Part shown: positions 1 to 14,700 of the stretch, piece after piece | Numbering within the stretch: position 1 is the first letter of the stretch | How the letters are laid out: each line of letters starts with the position of its first letter | Assembly: GCA_017654855.1 (NCBI GenBank) | Contig: CM030337.1 | Span: 2,046,001-2,110,000, forward strand | Length of the DNA stretch: 64,000 nt | From: Podospora anserina | Lineage: Eukaryota | Direction: 5' to 3' | Position numbers and translations under genes: made by a program | Notes under the pieces: generated by a model | The model's input: only the letters and a program-made list of their open reading frames with translations | What the model was told of the DNA's origin: nothing | Database searches by the model: none

Positions 1-2890
1 TGAGCTCAGCAAGACCGACACCAAACCGCTTGCGGAGACGGTCGAGTTCCTTGGAGCGGTGTTCCTGCTCCCTGCGCATCTCTGCCGCTTCAGCCGCAAT
101 GTACGAGTCAACACCGGCACCATCACGGCGACCAGCCAGCCGCCCGTGAACATCATTGTGACGAGGGCGACGCTTGCGTCCAGTGACTTGGTTGGTAGAG
201 CTGTAGGTCCAGTATCGCAGAAATGTACCAAACGCAAGGACACCACGCAAGGCCGTCGGGTCAGGGTCCAAAAAAATGGCACCGACCTTGTAGAAGTTGG
301 CGTGCTGGAGAGCAGGGTTCGATTGGAGAATGTGGCGTGGAATGCGTCCCGAGGGTCTGGCGTTGAGCGTTCTTATGGGCTCAAGCGTCGAGGCCAGAGG
401 GTCCCATGCTTGCACGAGCCCGTCACTACCTCCGTGAACTACATACAACGCCGACACACCCAGACTGGAGATCTCAGGCGAGTCGGTCTGAATGACTCTC
501 ACCGGCTTCACCACGGGGGACGCGTCTCGCGCATTCCACAGCACAATCGACCCGGTGCTGGTGCCAATGGCCAACAAGCGCGCGCGGCGGCCCGGAATCT
601 CACCAGAAGCATGCCCAGAAGTAGGCGTGCCAGGAGGGTCAGCGAGCTGCGAGCCAGAATGCAGAGGATCTTCGAAAGGCGCCATGACCGCAAAGGTGGA
701 CAGGTCCATGGAGCTCGCCGTAATCTCGGTACTGGCATTGCTCTTGAAAGTGAACTCGGTGAGCTTCCATTCCTCAGAGTCCGGTTTTGCGGCATTCTCC
801 TCGGTTCGAGGAGTGTTCAGACCAGAGCCGACTGGTGTTTTGCCCGGTCCATTCGGAACCACCTGATCACCGAAAATGGACGAATGAAAAGGCTGAGCCA
901 GGGGTGTCGTCGGTCCTGAAGGCGTAGTCACCAGAGGCCGACTCTCTGCCCGGACAAGCCTGAGGACAGATGCCTGTTCGCCCCTGCCATGACCCATGGT
1001 GACCACATAAATGCCTTCCCCAGCTCTGTTTTCATCCCCCCCAGCAAAGTCGACCTCGAGCTTGCGCAGCATGTCCCAGCCGAGGCACGCCTTCCGCCAA
1101 TGTTCAGGCTTGTACCGAAAGAACTTTTCGATTTCCTTGGACTCAGCAATGATCTGGTCTTTGTTCAATCTCATAGAATTGCAAGGTGATCGGGGTGAGT
1201 AAGAGCCACGGACGACATTCCTATCAAACTCATCAGGTCTAGCCGTACGGCGAGTGGCCTCGATGAGTTCCCAGTAGGCAGTCCGACCAGAGTACCAGGC
1301 GTGCCTGACCATCTGTTCGAGTTTGCCTTTGACCAGGGGCGGCGTGGGAACATCCCGAAGGTAGAATACCTCACCCAACGCGTTCAAAGCAACGGCCCAA
1401 ACTCGACCCAGAGCTTTGCGCTTCAAGCTGTAGTTATCATCCACCTTGATGTCGACAACGGGAACACCTGGGCAGAGAACCCAGCGAGCGGTCATGTCGC
1501 CCTTGGAAAACCGAGGCCCAGTTGAGTCAATGCCCAGTGTGTAAGCAGTTACAACACCGAGCGTAGAACCAGTCATGATGCCAACCATGGAGTTTGTCAC
1601 CTGCATGGGGTTGGGCGTCTTGGCGATCCAAACAGCAGAGACGGCCTCCATGAGCTCCGGGATCTTGGGAATCTCGGGTTCCATGTCAATAATGACATCG
1701 TCCTGGCCCAGATACTTGCCACGCAAGTCTCCAGCACCCTTGAAGTACACCCGGCCACCAGGAAAGCCTTCTCCACCAACCAATCCATACTGCTGGCTCA
1801 CATCCAAAACATTTGGAACCGCAGCCAGGCCGTCATCCAGACCCCAAAAGTCAAGGTCGGGGAAAACCTCATCCAACTGCTGAAACGAAAAGGGGTCGTC
1901 GAGCCCGACCTTGTCCAGTCGACCCGTAGTCGGATCGCTGGCCGTGGCGATACCGAGGTCGCGAGAGCCATGAATGACCTTGGGTCCTTGCCTGCCACCA
2001 GTGAAGTTGGCATGAACGGTCGATATCATCCACGGCAGTTTCGAATTGTACGTCAACACAGCACCGGACTTCTTCTGGCTGGCTTTCGTAGACGTCCCAA
2101 CACCACCACTACCCGGCTTTCCACGAACCACGCTCCTGAGCAGACGAGTGCGCAACAAGTACTCGCTGCGCCACGAGGCAGACGTGGTCAGCCGAGTGAA
2201 GAATCGAACCTCGGACCTGATGACATCATGGTGAGATTCGCCCTCCTGTTCCTTTTGACCAGACTTCTTCGATTCTGCCAAGGCATCACGCCCAGGGAAG
2301 TATCGCAGGAAGGCAGTCCGCCAGGCATAAGGGGTCGTAACAAGCGCATAAAACCGCTTCGACACTAAAGCCACAGCGCCGTGCGAGTCGGGATGGAGGT
2401 GGGAGAGGACTTGGGTCAGGAGTTCTACGCGGTGGTCAAAGTCAGCCGCCGGCACCTACGGCTGGGGGCACGGTATCAACCAACCATTGGGAAAGTCAGT
2501 CAGCTGGGCACTCTTGAAGGGCACGCCATTGCTGGTGGGCTTCGAGTCGGAAGCCGGGCGAGGACTCTGACGGTTCGAGAGCATCACTGATGATGCATTT
2601 TCATATTCCGAGATGCGCTGGCCGGCGACCAGCTCATAGCTTGGAGCAGTATCAACATCGACTTCAACACCAGCGACGTTCAGTCGGTCCAGCTTGTGGT
2701 CGAGCTCGCTGACGTCAAGCTCGCTGCCCCGCGCACCCGGAGAGGGGCTCCGAGCACGGCGCGGGGACTGGCTGCCTGGCCGAGGCTGAGAGCTGGGGCG
2801 ACGTATGCCATGTTGGGAGGCGGTGGACGGGGTAGAGTCGGCGGGTTTGTGAGTCTCGCTGTTTGAAACTTCAGAAAGCCCTGATTGCAT
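1..2890 (-). CDS. F-box protein, Pof10-like (F-box/WD-type fungal family); 3' end lies outside the window
   Basis: ATG 2890; intron 2425-2484 (GTTGGT..GCTGAC..TAG). Splicing gives an F-box (LTDFPNELLTQVLSHLHPDSHGAVALVSKRFYALV). The frame appears open to base 1 (no ORF-track stop in that frame), ending ...SKELDRLRKRFGVGLAEL. The Pof10 assignment is from recalled family resemblance. Confidence 0.8.
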
Positions 2891-5064
2891 AAACCTAGTT
2901 TTCCGTGGGAGCCAAGAGGGGGTTCGTTCGGCTGTGCAAGTTCAGGTAGCACAGTCGTTGAGAGTAGTGAGAGAGTGAGATGTGCGGATAGCGTGCGTGG
3001 TATCGCAGTGATGCTTGGCTCTAACGGTATTTCCTTGTCGTCGCGGCAATTGATTCCAGAGTGACGTGTTTCTGGGGAGAGAGAGAGAGAGAGATTTTTT
3101 CGCGTCGCCAACTTCGGCCGTTGCGCTGTGGGTGAGTTCGGGAGAGTCGCAACGTCCAATTGGCAGGTGGCCCGACCGGGAATCCGCCGGATGCCCACGG
3201 GGGCGCTCTTCTTGGCAACGTTTAATATCGGAAGCTATCCGAGCACCTAGGTAAAAAGCCATCCTTCAATTCTCAACTCCAAAACATTCGATATTGAGAA
3301 TATGGAAATTCGATTCTTCAACAACCGGTGATGCCGAACAAGCAGTCCCTCCATCATCCAACGTCTCACTTGACAGCACAGACCTTCAACCTCCTGTTAT
3401 GAAAGCTGCCTGCCGCCATGACTAGAAGCCTGTCTTCCTGCTTCCCCTATCAACATTACACTAATATCCGTACTATCAAACAAGGACCAACACGTCAGTC
3501 ATCACCCCTTGAAGCTCATCCCCCGTGCTTTATCCACACCATAGTATCGGCCAAAACGGATCCCCTTCTCGGATCACATCCCGAAAGCTCATTATGGAGC
3601 TTCAGCACGGCATCAACAGATTTTCCCCCATCGCTGGCACCGTTTGGACAGAAACCCCCGCCCGACTCCGACGTCCCTTCCATTTCTGCTATGTCAGTGG
3701 CTCAGAGGAACAACGTTGACCCTCTGCTTTCTCGCCCACTTCTCTAAACCACCGGTCTAAACTATAGGGGCCATGTAGGTATCTCACCTCTCATGATGGC
3801 AATCAAGCATAAGAGCGATCATTCCAGCTCCCAACTTCGTATATGTAGATTACGAGGCATGCTCGATAGACATCAGAGCGATCACTTGCTTGCTTGCTTG
3901 CTTGTCCGCAGGTCATCTTGATTTTATTCATACCGTTCTCAAGAGTGTGGACATGCACGCGGAACAATCTCCAATTTCTCAACGGCCACCCAACACAACC
4001 CTCCAAGTCTCACCCCTTCTCCACTGAGACATATGGCCCACCGCAACTGTGAAAAAGTGATATATCACATATCCGAATTCCGAGTATGGGATGTTGTGTT
4101 TTGCAGCCAGAAATCAGAGACAAATATCCGACACCACGCAGAAGAGACCGGCCCGATAGGATTTTCGTTGCTTGGAAGAAACACGCATTGTACAAATCAT
4201 GCAGGATACGTGCCATCCCGTTCATACACACATGTTATGCTATGCTATGGCTTCCCTACCTCAAACCTGGACCAACAACAAGCACAACAAGCTTTGTGAT
4301 GAGCTGGTAGTCCAATATCCCACACGAAACGTATCCCTTCCATGGTTCAGTAAACAGTGGATAGCCAGCCAGCTAGGCATGCGGTCTTCTGCGGGCCGCC
4401 CCTTGAAAATTCCCACACTTGTTGCTCGCTCCGAGCGGACAGGCTCAAGTCTTCCGTTGTTCCCCGGCCAGCCAGCCGGTGGGAGATTCCCATAGATGGT
4501 GTTATCACCGACAACCGTCTCCATAGAACTAGTTAGCCTGTCGGGTTTTACAGAAATGTGATTACCTAACCCCCGTCTTGAACCCCCTCCCCCCCAACCC
4601 AAGCCAAAACCACTATCACACAAAACCCCCCACCACTATTGAACTGCCAAACTTCCCTAGATAGAAAGCTTGGTTTAGAGGACCGTCCAATCTACCAAAT
4701 CAGGCCATTTTGCCAGGTTGTTCCTTTCCTTGCTTCTCTACAGGAGGAGCCTTGTCACCGACCAGTCAAACCTAGCACAAAGGGGTAATTAACCCCCTGT
4801 GGTGCTGGCACGCCCATTCCCTGAGGTCTGTAATGTCAATCAACCGCGGTAATGAACACTCACTCCCTCACTGACTCAAGAACCCCCCCCCCCCCAGGGG
4901 GGCAAAACCTGACGACGGCTGCTGCTGCTACGTGGGAATAAAACGGGGGAAAAAAAAGTAACAGGTATGTAAAACGGGACCTTGTCCACTCCTCCTTCCG
5001 ACCATCCGACCATCACAAAACAAGAGAGCACATACCACCTGCTCATTTCACACCCAACCCCCTC

Positions 5065-5107
5065 CTCTCTCTCTCTCTCAAAAAAAAAAAAAAAAAAAAA
5101 AAAAAAA
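5065..5107. repeat. (CT)n followed by a poly-A tract (A28)
   Basis: Directly visible. Confidence 0.9.
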
Positions 5108-5747
5108 CCAGGATAGAGAAAGAAAAAAGCGGGAGGATTTTGACACCCGGCGGGTCTTCCCGTCTCTTCGCCCCTCCCCCCCCGCCAGATCACCTAGCCC
5201 CCCAAGACTTCTGCTGTATGGGGAACATATTCTTTCTTTTGGTCAGGTTTGTTGTTGATCTCTCCTGTCGACTTCGGTGAAGTGCAGCCACCCTCCCTCT
5301 TCCAAGAAGCAGGTTATGACGATGACATGTGTGTGTAGCCCTCGTCCGACAACCGGACACCGATATCCATCTGCACGTCGTCCTACCCTAAAAGTACTTG
5401 CCTACTTTGCTGCTTGTGCCATCCCCGAGAGAGACACCAACACACAGACGTAACCAAACCCATCATCATTGACAATCCCAACCGACCGGTGGGCTACCTA
5501 CCGTTACTCCGTACCTTGAGCACAACAAAAAGTTGTGTATCTCTAAAATCTCGCCCTTTCGAAAAAGTCGTCAACACACACACACACACACATCGGTAGG
5601 TTTCCGGAAAAGTAGAAGCAGCGACCACAGGCTTGCTCCCAGCTTCAATCCCAGTCATCGATCTAGAAAAAGGTGAGCAAAAAGCCCCTAGATAAAAAGA
5701 AAGCTGCAACCCTTTCTGCATCAAGACGCATTAGTCCATCACCAGCA

Positions 5748-5780
5748 GTCCACTGTGTCCACTGTGTCCACTGTGTCCAC
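5748..5780. repeat. 9-bp tandem repeat (GTCCACTGT) x3.7
   Basis: gtccactgtgtccactgtgtccactgtgtccac. Confidence 0.9.
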
Positions 5781-8700
5781 AGTACCAAGCAAAAAGGAAA
5801 CAGGATCAAAACAACAGGGGCCGGGGAAGCAAGACAGACAGCACTTCTTGCAGCTGCTTTCTCAGAAAGAAAAAGACTGCCATTCCAATTGGTGTGGGTA
5901 GCATCGACTTGCCTCCGCGGCACCAAATATTGGGCAAGGGTTTGTTAGGTAGATGGTTGAGATGGGTAGTCAAAAAGTCTTGGGAGTCAGTAGTCACATA
6001 TCTGTAATCCTTGGAAAAACCCCCATGAGAAAACGAAAAAAAAAAACCATCACAAATTCTCAATAACGGCCCACTTTCTGGTGATCAACCAAACAAGAAA
6101 AAAAAAGACCACGAAAAAAAAAAGAAAGAAAGAAACCTACCCGCAAGTACAACCCTGGCTCCGCTGTTGTCGGATGATGCGCGTCTCGTCTCGAGAGATC
6201 ACCGTCCTGGCCAGTGCGTCCCGTGGTCCCGTAGTGCTAAATGTTCGGCAGGTGGACCACCCCCCCTCCCCTGGGGAATGGTGGGACGAAAGAGTGTCAT
6301 TGGGCGTTTCGATCATCCCGTTCCCCTTGCTGCTCGAGGGGTCCGGTCCTCTCTTCCCCGTGAGCCCATCTGGAAAGTTATGCCAGTTGCTGCCGTCTTC
6401 TTAATGAAAAAAAAAAGCTTGATATCTTTCGCCACGGCAAACCATGATTACTGTGTGTTGTTCCCAGATTTGCGGCCGATTCTGCAGCTCTCAGAGCCGT
6501 ATTTTCATGTGGTGAACCGCTGCGTGAAATGGAAATCAGGTTCAACCAAGTCCAGAGGGTGTCACTTGGCGAGGTTCCGGCGTGTGCTTCCGGCAAGCCG
6601 AGTGAGGGGTAATCGCTGTTGTGTGTGCATCGGGGCAACATCAACAAAGCAGGATTAGACCACTGCCGGGGCTTGCTTGCTTCTGGTAGCATTTCGAATG
6701 GAGAAAATAAACGGTGAAAGCTGGCTTCGGGGCGGTCCTTGAGCCCGTCTTTTTTGCTGGGTGATGATGGCTGCAGGTTTGGTCGAATGATGGTGATGCA
6801 TGGCGCTCGAAAATGCCGTCGCATCGGGATGGAAAAGTTGCCTGACACCGGCCCTCGAATCCCGCAGGGTGACGTGGTGAGAGGAGCTTGTCTCATCAGC
6901 TCGAACCCGCAGCGAGCGAAGCGGTGAAAAACCCGGGCCACCACACAGGCCGAAAGACCACTGGGACCCGACAGCCTGGGACGAGCACCTCCACCACCGC
7001 CAACTGTTGGACTGCCGCAGCAGGTTAGACCACACAACACTATCTCGGTTGGGAGGCCAGCGGGCGTTTGTCCAAAACCAACTCATCACTCTTTTGTTGC
7101 TGCTTCTTTGACGCGGTGTGATAATTGAATGCGACCTTCTCGTGGAAGGAATTCCAAAAAGACCTCGGCCCCACTTCGGTTTTGATTTTCTTCAAGCAAC
7201 AGCAAGGAAGCCAAGGTTCCAGCCCGTCGGTGCCAGTGGAATCCTCAAAGCGGGGGCGCGTTCCATATTCTAGAGTGAGCGGCCCATCCCGTCCACAAGC
7301 TCCGTTTTGGACAACGGCGAATGGACGCCGCCCTCTGCCCACCGCACATCCATCGGCATCAAAAACCACACCATGACGGCATTGCAAAACGAGACCCTTA
7401 AAACGAAGGAACTGGGTCGATCCTCTTGACAGGCAATCGGATCTCAACCGGCAGTTTTTGTTTTGTCAGACTGTCAAGGGCCCGAACGAACGACCAGCTG
7501 TTGCTGAGGCTGGTGCTGTGCTTGGCAGCATGGAAAAGCATCTTGTCTGACGGACTTACCGACAAAAACTGTCGTGCCGGCGAGACGAGACACTGCGGAG
7601 CACAATTTGTAAGGCAGCGCAGATCACGCCAGTCGCAGCGGTCCATCAGTCGTCCTCGTGGCTCTTCGGTTGGTTGCAAGGTTGCGGCCGTCTGTCGACT
7701 GCTGTTTCTGGTAATGTAGATTGACGCGGACGGACATGCTGCGATGGCAACGTTTCGCCGGCGACTCGGTTGTGATATCTGCAGTGTGTGTCCCTCTGTC
7801 TGTGTCGTGTCAGCACTCAACTTCCATGTCCCCAGCGCTGTGGGGGGCGCTAAATCGCGCAAAACCGATCCCTGGGGGAAACGGAGGGTGCGGCCCGGAT
7901 TGGTTGGAGGGTTTTTATCCGGTATTTCGGGACACCCGACGTCGGCGCCAATAAGCATCGTCTTGTCTACACACCGGCACATGCAGTCGAGACTTATTGC
8001 AGGTCGCTGCTTGGTAGACAGGTACCTGCCAGAGAGCCGGGCCAAGCGTGCCAACCAGCTGTTCGCATGGCTCCCAGTGACATGTCACCCATTAGCCTGC
8101 ACCAGGCCGTACAACCACCTCAGGGACTTGCTTGATTAGGCTGGTCCAACATGAACTGGCATGCACCTGCAGTGGATGGCGCACCAATGGCTTCATGACC
8201 AAGCAGAATCTGTGGACGGTGAGGTCGCCTGGGACCACGCGTCTGGACAAGCGGCCATGCTATGCCACATGGTTGAGCTGTGGTCGAGTTGATACGAAGT
8301 AGGTAGTTCCACGTCCTTGAGAGAGAAGAGATGGTGGGTGTCCGGCCCAGCAGGTGGCTTTCTCGGTCCCCAATGATACGGCGTTCCTGGTTTCTGGTTT
8401 CGGGGTCGGAGGCGCAGATTACCGCTCCCAGTCCGGGGGAGAGGGCCGGCCTCTCACGCCGCAAAACTGGGAAATATCGTGATCAAATGCCGACGACAGT
8501 GGTCGTCGGGACGCGTAACGTTCCTCACGGCATCACTCATCATCGGTACTTGTCAGTTTGGCTCGGAGGTGATCGGCAGCTTTCAGAAGGCTGGACGACG
8601 TCGTGCTTGCACAATTGCCCAGGCACTGGATAGGTGCCGCTGGTGGTGTGTTGTCAAACTTCCAGTGGAAACGGAGGGACCTACAAGAAACGGTTGCTGT

Positions 8701-9782
8701 CCTGGATTAAAGCCAGGGTCTGATGTCTTGGTTCTGAGTGGCTGCTGGGGGTTGGGAGGGCTCCACACCTGAAAATTCTGGGAGTCGGGCAATTATCCCG
8801 TTTGGACGAAGACATGGGGGTCTGCCCCGCACCAACCCCGGTCTCTTGGTCTTCCAAGGGAGAGGCAAGCGAGGTGACTGGCCGGCCGCCAAATGCTGCA
8901 CGCTGCCCCAAGCACCTGGGAAATGTGAGTGAGCATTTGCGTGCCGCTCTGTAAGTCCCGTTCCAGTTCCTCCCAGCAAAGGGAGCAGTTCCCCTCTCGA
9001 GCCACTCCATCCTCGAGCCATTGCATCGGGACCAGCCAGTGGCAAAGCAATAGACTGCTCGGTGCACTAAATACCAACTGGTTTGTTCGCATCCATCAGG
9101 TGTCTGGGGTTCTCTCACGCTATTGATAAGCTGGTGTCCTCTGCTCTGGTGCTTCCAAGCCCCATGTTCCCACATTTGGCGTGGACCTTGCCTGTCCTGT
9201 CGACAGTACGGCGCTAGCTGCACGCTCCCTCGTTTCCATCTGCTGGTTCTGCTGGAGCTAGTCTAGCCTGTTGCACCACTGTGCCCGAGCTGGTGGCTCC
9301 GAACCACAGTCCACCGTCCCAGCTTTCTCCTCTTCTTAGCCCACTCCCTCCCCAGCCAACCTGCCCGGCTCCACGGTCTCCTGCTCTGCTCTCTTCTCTC
9401 CCCTTTCCTTTCGACAGAGCACCGGAGCATTGGCACGCAGCACTCGACTTGCTGCCATTGCTGTGTCGAAAACAACGACCCCGAGGACGACAGGAGTTGT
9501 CCCATCAATCCATCGCTCGCGCTGCATCCACGCCGCAGCTGTTTTGTCAGAAACAACGACGGGAGACGAACGACCAGGGTTGTCGAGAGGGATTCCCATT
9601 CAAGTGGTTGTTTAACTAACCAACTGGACCACCACCACCACCCTCACCCAGCCTCGCAAATCATTTCGACCGAACTGAGTTTCGCGACCTTCAGACTAAA
9701 CGAATTGACAGCCAGCTGTCATCCGAACTGATCGACATATCAACTTAAACCAACGACACAGTACCACCACACCACCGCCAAC

Positions 9783-10919
9783 ATGAGTTCACCAGCACAA
9801 GGGGGACCGTCGATCCCAAAGGAGAAGGACAAGAAGGGGCTTGGAAAGGTTCTGTCTAGGATGAAGACTGTTCTCAAGAAGGCCGACCCGTCACGCCGTC
9901 TTTCGACCTTGGGCGGCTCCAAGGCTGCTGGACCTTCCTCTGCCACTCCTGCTGCACCCGCCGATGAGCCTGCCGAGGAGTTGATCCCCATCAGGTAGGC
10001 GTTCACATCAATTCCAGTGGCAGTAGCAGCAGCGTTGCTAACATTGAAAACGCAGTCCTCCTGCCCAGTCTCTGGCGGCCAAGAAGCCCGATGATCCCAA
10101 TGCCATCAGGGTTCCTAGGTCTCAGCTCTTTGCTGAGAGGGCGAAGAAGCTCGGCGAGCTGTATGGTTTGGAGCTGAAGCCCAGCGAATGGCACTCGACT
10201 GAAGGACACGCCCTGCGTGTCGAGAAGCCGATCAAGATGCGCGTGCACAGGAGATGCCATCTGTGCAACACCTCTTTCGGACTCGGAAAGGAATGCCCCA
10301 AGTGCAAGCACCCTCGCTGCAAGACTTGCCCACGCGTTCCTCCCAAGAGGACCGAGGCCGAGAGGGAGGAAAGCCGCAAGAAGCGCGCGGCTCTCATCAA
10401 GGAGCGCGAGGCGAACGCCCCCATCATCCCCGATTGGGACACGACAGCTAAGAAGGTCGTTCTCAAGAGACCTGCGAAGACGGGAGGACAGGATCGCATC
10501 TACCAGAAGCAGAGGCAGCGCATCAGGAGAACCTGCTGTCAATGCCAGAAACTGATCCCTGGCGGTACCAAGACGTGCGAGTGTTGCCAACACACTCGCT
10601 GTACCGATTGCCCTCGTGACCCGTACGTTGTGGCTCACCTTTTTCTTTTCCTGCTTTCCGATGCTAACAAGTCGACAGAGCCAAAAAGGACAAATATCCG
10701 TTTGGTTACCCAGGTGACGCCCCTGGTACCAAGGTCGGTCATTACACGTGCCTGGACTGCAAGCACAACTTTTCTGAAGAGCCTTCGGACGACAAAGTTT
10801 GTCCCAAGTGTTCATGCAGAAAAACGGAGCGCTTGACACCGCGGAAGGTCCAACCAGAACCAGATCCAGAGGTGGTTAAAAGCCTGGCGGCCAGACTGGA
10901 GAACATTGGGATCTCTTGA
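9783..10919 (+). CDS. Uncharacterised Cys-rich putative zinc-binding protein with three CxxC..CxxC modules
   Basis: ATG 9783 in gccaacATG context; introns 9995-10055 (GTAGGC..GCTAAC..CAG) and 10623-10678 (GTACGT..GCTAAC..CAG); TGA 10917-10919. Modules: CHLC..CPKCKHPRCKTC, CCQC..CECCQHTRCTDC, CLDC..CPKC. Confidence 0.85.
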
Positions 10920-11662
10920 CGCCAACCATCAGATTTACAAAAGGGGCCTTGACGAGCGGCGAGTCGGAGTAGGCGCGTTTTCTTTGGATCACCTTCTCGG
11001 TGCATTTTTTTTTCTTTTGATCATTTCACATTCAATATGAGCCCCATTTGTCACGAACATTCTTAGCAGCATTTACGGAGATTCCACCATCGATTCTCAC
11101 TTTTCGTCTTTCCTCGGCCATCACAACACACCCACGGACACACTCACTACACGGCATGTCAGAGACGTACCCGAACGACACTCGATGCATGCATTTAATC
11201 AACCCCCCAGGGCACGACAACGACTATCACTTTCTTACGCCGACGACACTGCATTTTAGACGGCACAAAATTCTGCATTCCGACTCTTCTCGAATAAACT
11301 TGTTCCTGCAGAAAGGAGGGTGTGGCAAGGAAGGAGAACACAACCAGGACCAAGGGATCGCTGTGCATCTGGAAATGCGCCGAAGTCGGAAAGCGGAGGA
11401 TTTGGAGGATTTGGAGGTTTCAATATAGGGCAGCCGGTGTTATGGGGGGAGCTTGATGCATGATCACGGCGTGGGTCATCCAACTCGGTTACATTGCGGA
11501 CCACGGTACCGATTACGTTTGCAGCCTGTCAGCACCAAAGGTTGTTGAGGGAGGGGTAGGGAAAGGAGGGGGTGATTTCAGTCAAGACACTCAATCACAC
11601 ACAACATGAACGCACACCTCGCACCCACAAATTTCACGAAATGCTCCCTAGGAACACCCTAC

Positions 11663-11726
<64 letters not shown>

Positions 11727-11731
11727 ACACA
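11663..11731. repeat. Compound microsatellite (AGAC)n(AC)n
   Basis: Directly visible. Confidence 0.9.
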
Positions 11732-14700
11732 TATTTTGAGCGAAATTTACATACATACGTTTTATACGGGCAGGCATTATGCCCCGTTTGACACACGCTT
11801 TGTTTTCCCTCGTCCTTGTTCTTTGTGTGAATGATCTATCTCCGATGCTTTTTGATTTTGATTTTTTCCCCAATCGCCGAAAGGCGGGTTTCGTGTACCA
11901 TTGTGGCCAAAGCCCCCCGCCCTCCTCTTTCTCAAATCTGAGTGGTCTGTCTTAAGCCGTCCAATAAGACTTGATACCACCACCGAGTTTTGGTGTACCT
12001 ATCATGTACCGACAGAGTGGTAAAGCGGTCAGCAAGTTCATCATGGGACATGTGGTTGGGTTTTTTTCTCATTCCCCACTGTTTACCAGCAAAGCGGTTA
12101 ATGCGCATAAAGAAAGGGGGGACAGACAGAACCGGTGAACCGGTTTGGCGGGGCGGAGCGGGGGCGCCGAGGAGTGGACGGATTGTCGGGATTTTTGTTT
12201 TTTTGTCCAAGCGACAAAGAAGAAAGAAATGAGACAAGTTTTTTCTTCTTTTTTTTCCCCTCTTTTTTCTTTTTATTTTCTTTTTTTTAGGCTTTTGGGG
12301 CTTGGTTGGGTAAGGGCCACGATACGAGGGGTCTGGCGGTTTAGTTGTTGGGTATGGGGTTGGCTGGGGGTCAACGGGGGTTGGAAGGTAAGGGAGGGGG
12401 ACGATCTTCTCCTGAGAATTTGATGTTGGGTAGGCGGGTGCGAACCCGAGGGTTTGGGTTCCTCCAAGCTTTTTCCATGGATCGGGGATTAATCAGAGAG
12501 ATGGGTTTTGGGAGGCGGATACGCGATATGATGAAAGGGACTGAGGGGATGGGGAAGTCTTTGAAGGACAAAGTGATACCTTTTGCCAAGTTACCAAACC
12601 CATTACTTCGTCGATGCACAAAAATGGCTTTTCAGCACCAAGAGAACAATGAAACTCGCTGCATTAAAACCACCTCTTCAACATATCACCAGCGTTCACG
12701 AACCCGCCAGCACGGAAAGGGAGGGTCGCGCTCCCATCCGACAGGTTCACGTCCTCCACAAGCGCTGTCTCACACAGCCTTTCCTTCCTTCCTTCCTTTC
12801 CCTCCCGTTTTTCTTTGCCCTAGCTAGCTTTCCTGCCCGTCATCCATCCCTCCCGATCCTTTCCCGTCACGTCACGGAGCCAACGACCGCCCAACTGCCA
12901 GTTTGGATGCTCGGTCACGAGCCGTGTTTATGCCTGGCTGGCTAGCTGAGGACCATCATGCCAGCCAACCAAGCCTGCATTTGCTGTGAGGTAGGTATCA
13001 GGCGATCCCAACTCTTGAGGGGCGGGACCAAACAGCTCGAGGTAAAAATCCAGCCGAAGGGTCGCGGCCAGATCTGTGTACCAACATGGTGGGCGGTAAG
13101 TGAAATCTGTGGCGCGTTTTTCTGGAGGGGTCGTCATTGTGCAACCTAACCGCCAGCCCAGCCTGTTCGGAACGTTGAAGGGTGTTGACAAACACCAATC
13201 CAAACCTTCCTTCTTTCAAAACCGGCCCCCCTCTCTCCGACCATCATCATCATCACCACTTACCATCGTGTTCAACACTGTGATATCTTCTGCAGCAGTA
13301 CCTAGCAGCAAAAGAAGTCGGGGTCGCTATACCCATCACGCTGCTGCCCCTACAGCCGGAACTGTCAAAATATCGAGATCTAGACCACCCCCCAACCCTT
13401 CCTTCCCTTCAAGATTCCCGATCGGGAACCAACGGTGCTACGTATGGATGCCACCCAACAGAGTAGCAGCATAATTACCTGTGCGTTTGCATTTGCGAAA
13501 CATGGTGTATTCACAGCGATACACCTTGCCTGTTGGTGTTTAGCCTCACGATTTGGGGAGCTCCACGTTGCAAAGTTCTTTCTTGGGAAGTCTTGGGAAG
13601 GAGGTTTACCAAGATTTCGGTTTCGCTTGGGGGGCTTGGGGGGAAAAAGGTGCTTTGGTGTTTTATGCGCACGGGTGCTGGGTTCAGATGGCTGGGTTGT
13701 TATGCCCAGGGGTTCTAGACATGGGAGTTGGGGGGGGGCTGTGGTTAGGCTTGCGAGCTGTGCCTAGGTATGGTGGTTTTGCTTTGGGCATCCTGCGTAC
13801 GCAGTGCACGCCGGGTGATCGAAAAAGAGGTCATCACGAAAGTTATTGTGTCTCTTTTCGACACAACAAAGTCAGAGAGTCGAAGTTCTTTTGAGGAGTC
13901 AATGATATTGAACTAATGATTTTATCAACAAGAGCGATGGATATCAGTGCCCTCAGTAAAACCCCACCGATGACTTTTCGTTAATCAAACTTTTGTGTTC
14001 AATCCTCCACCCCAACTTCCCCAGCCGACCCGGCTGGCCGGATCCAGTCCTCTTCAAAGTTCCGAGTCTGTCGGAAATTGATGAGTCCGACAACAGCAAA
14101 ACTAAAATGTTTTGATCTCCGAACCATCAATCCACCAGCATCTACAAAGCTTCCCCTCCAGACAGTCTCCACGTTCTTTCGCTTCTTACCATTTCAGTCG
14201 GGAGGAGCAAAATGTCAGATCTTCCCGAAACTGCGGGGTGATGGATGGATGGTGGTTACCTTAGGTTAACAGCGAATGGTTGTTGCTGTTGGTTTGCTCG
14301 GTACCAGATGGTTTCCTTTCCCCTCCCCGTTTTGACCAACACTTTGCACTAAGGAAACGGAGGGGATGTTTTAATGCTTAGCGCTGAATCTGGGTGCAGT
14401 TGTTGCTCACAGGGCTCTGATTTCCTGATGACATGGAGTACTGTATAAGAGGGGTAAAATGCAAGAGTGCTGCTACGTTGGCAGTCAGGCTAATTCTTAT
14501 GCTGGGTAAAAAGGTGTGTGTGAGAGAGAAGGGGGGGGTCTGTGCGTCCTGCTGCAGTAGTGAGGGTGGTGATTCACGGAGGTGAAAGGGAGTCATGTCA
14601 CAGATTGGGGGGATTTGGAAGAAAAAAAAAGAAGAAAAAAAGTGATGAGATAGATGGTAGGTGAAGGGGGTGGCGAAATGTGAGTTGTTTGGCTGGTCAT

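Noticed and set aside
59-919. 286-aa + strand ORF
   Set aside because: Antisense shadow of the F-box gene; no ATG start and no domain.
6081-9223. Many overlapping 100-220 aa ORFs on both strands
   Set aside because: No codon bias, domains or coherent splice structure; expected by chance in GC-rich intergenic DNA.
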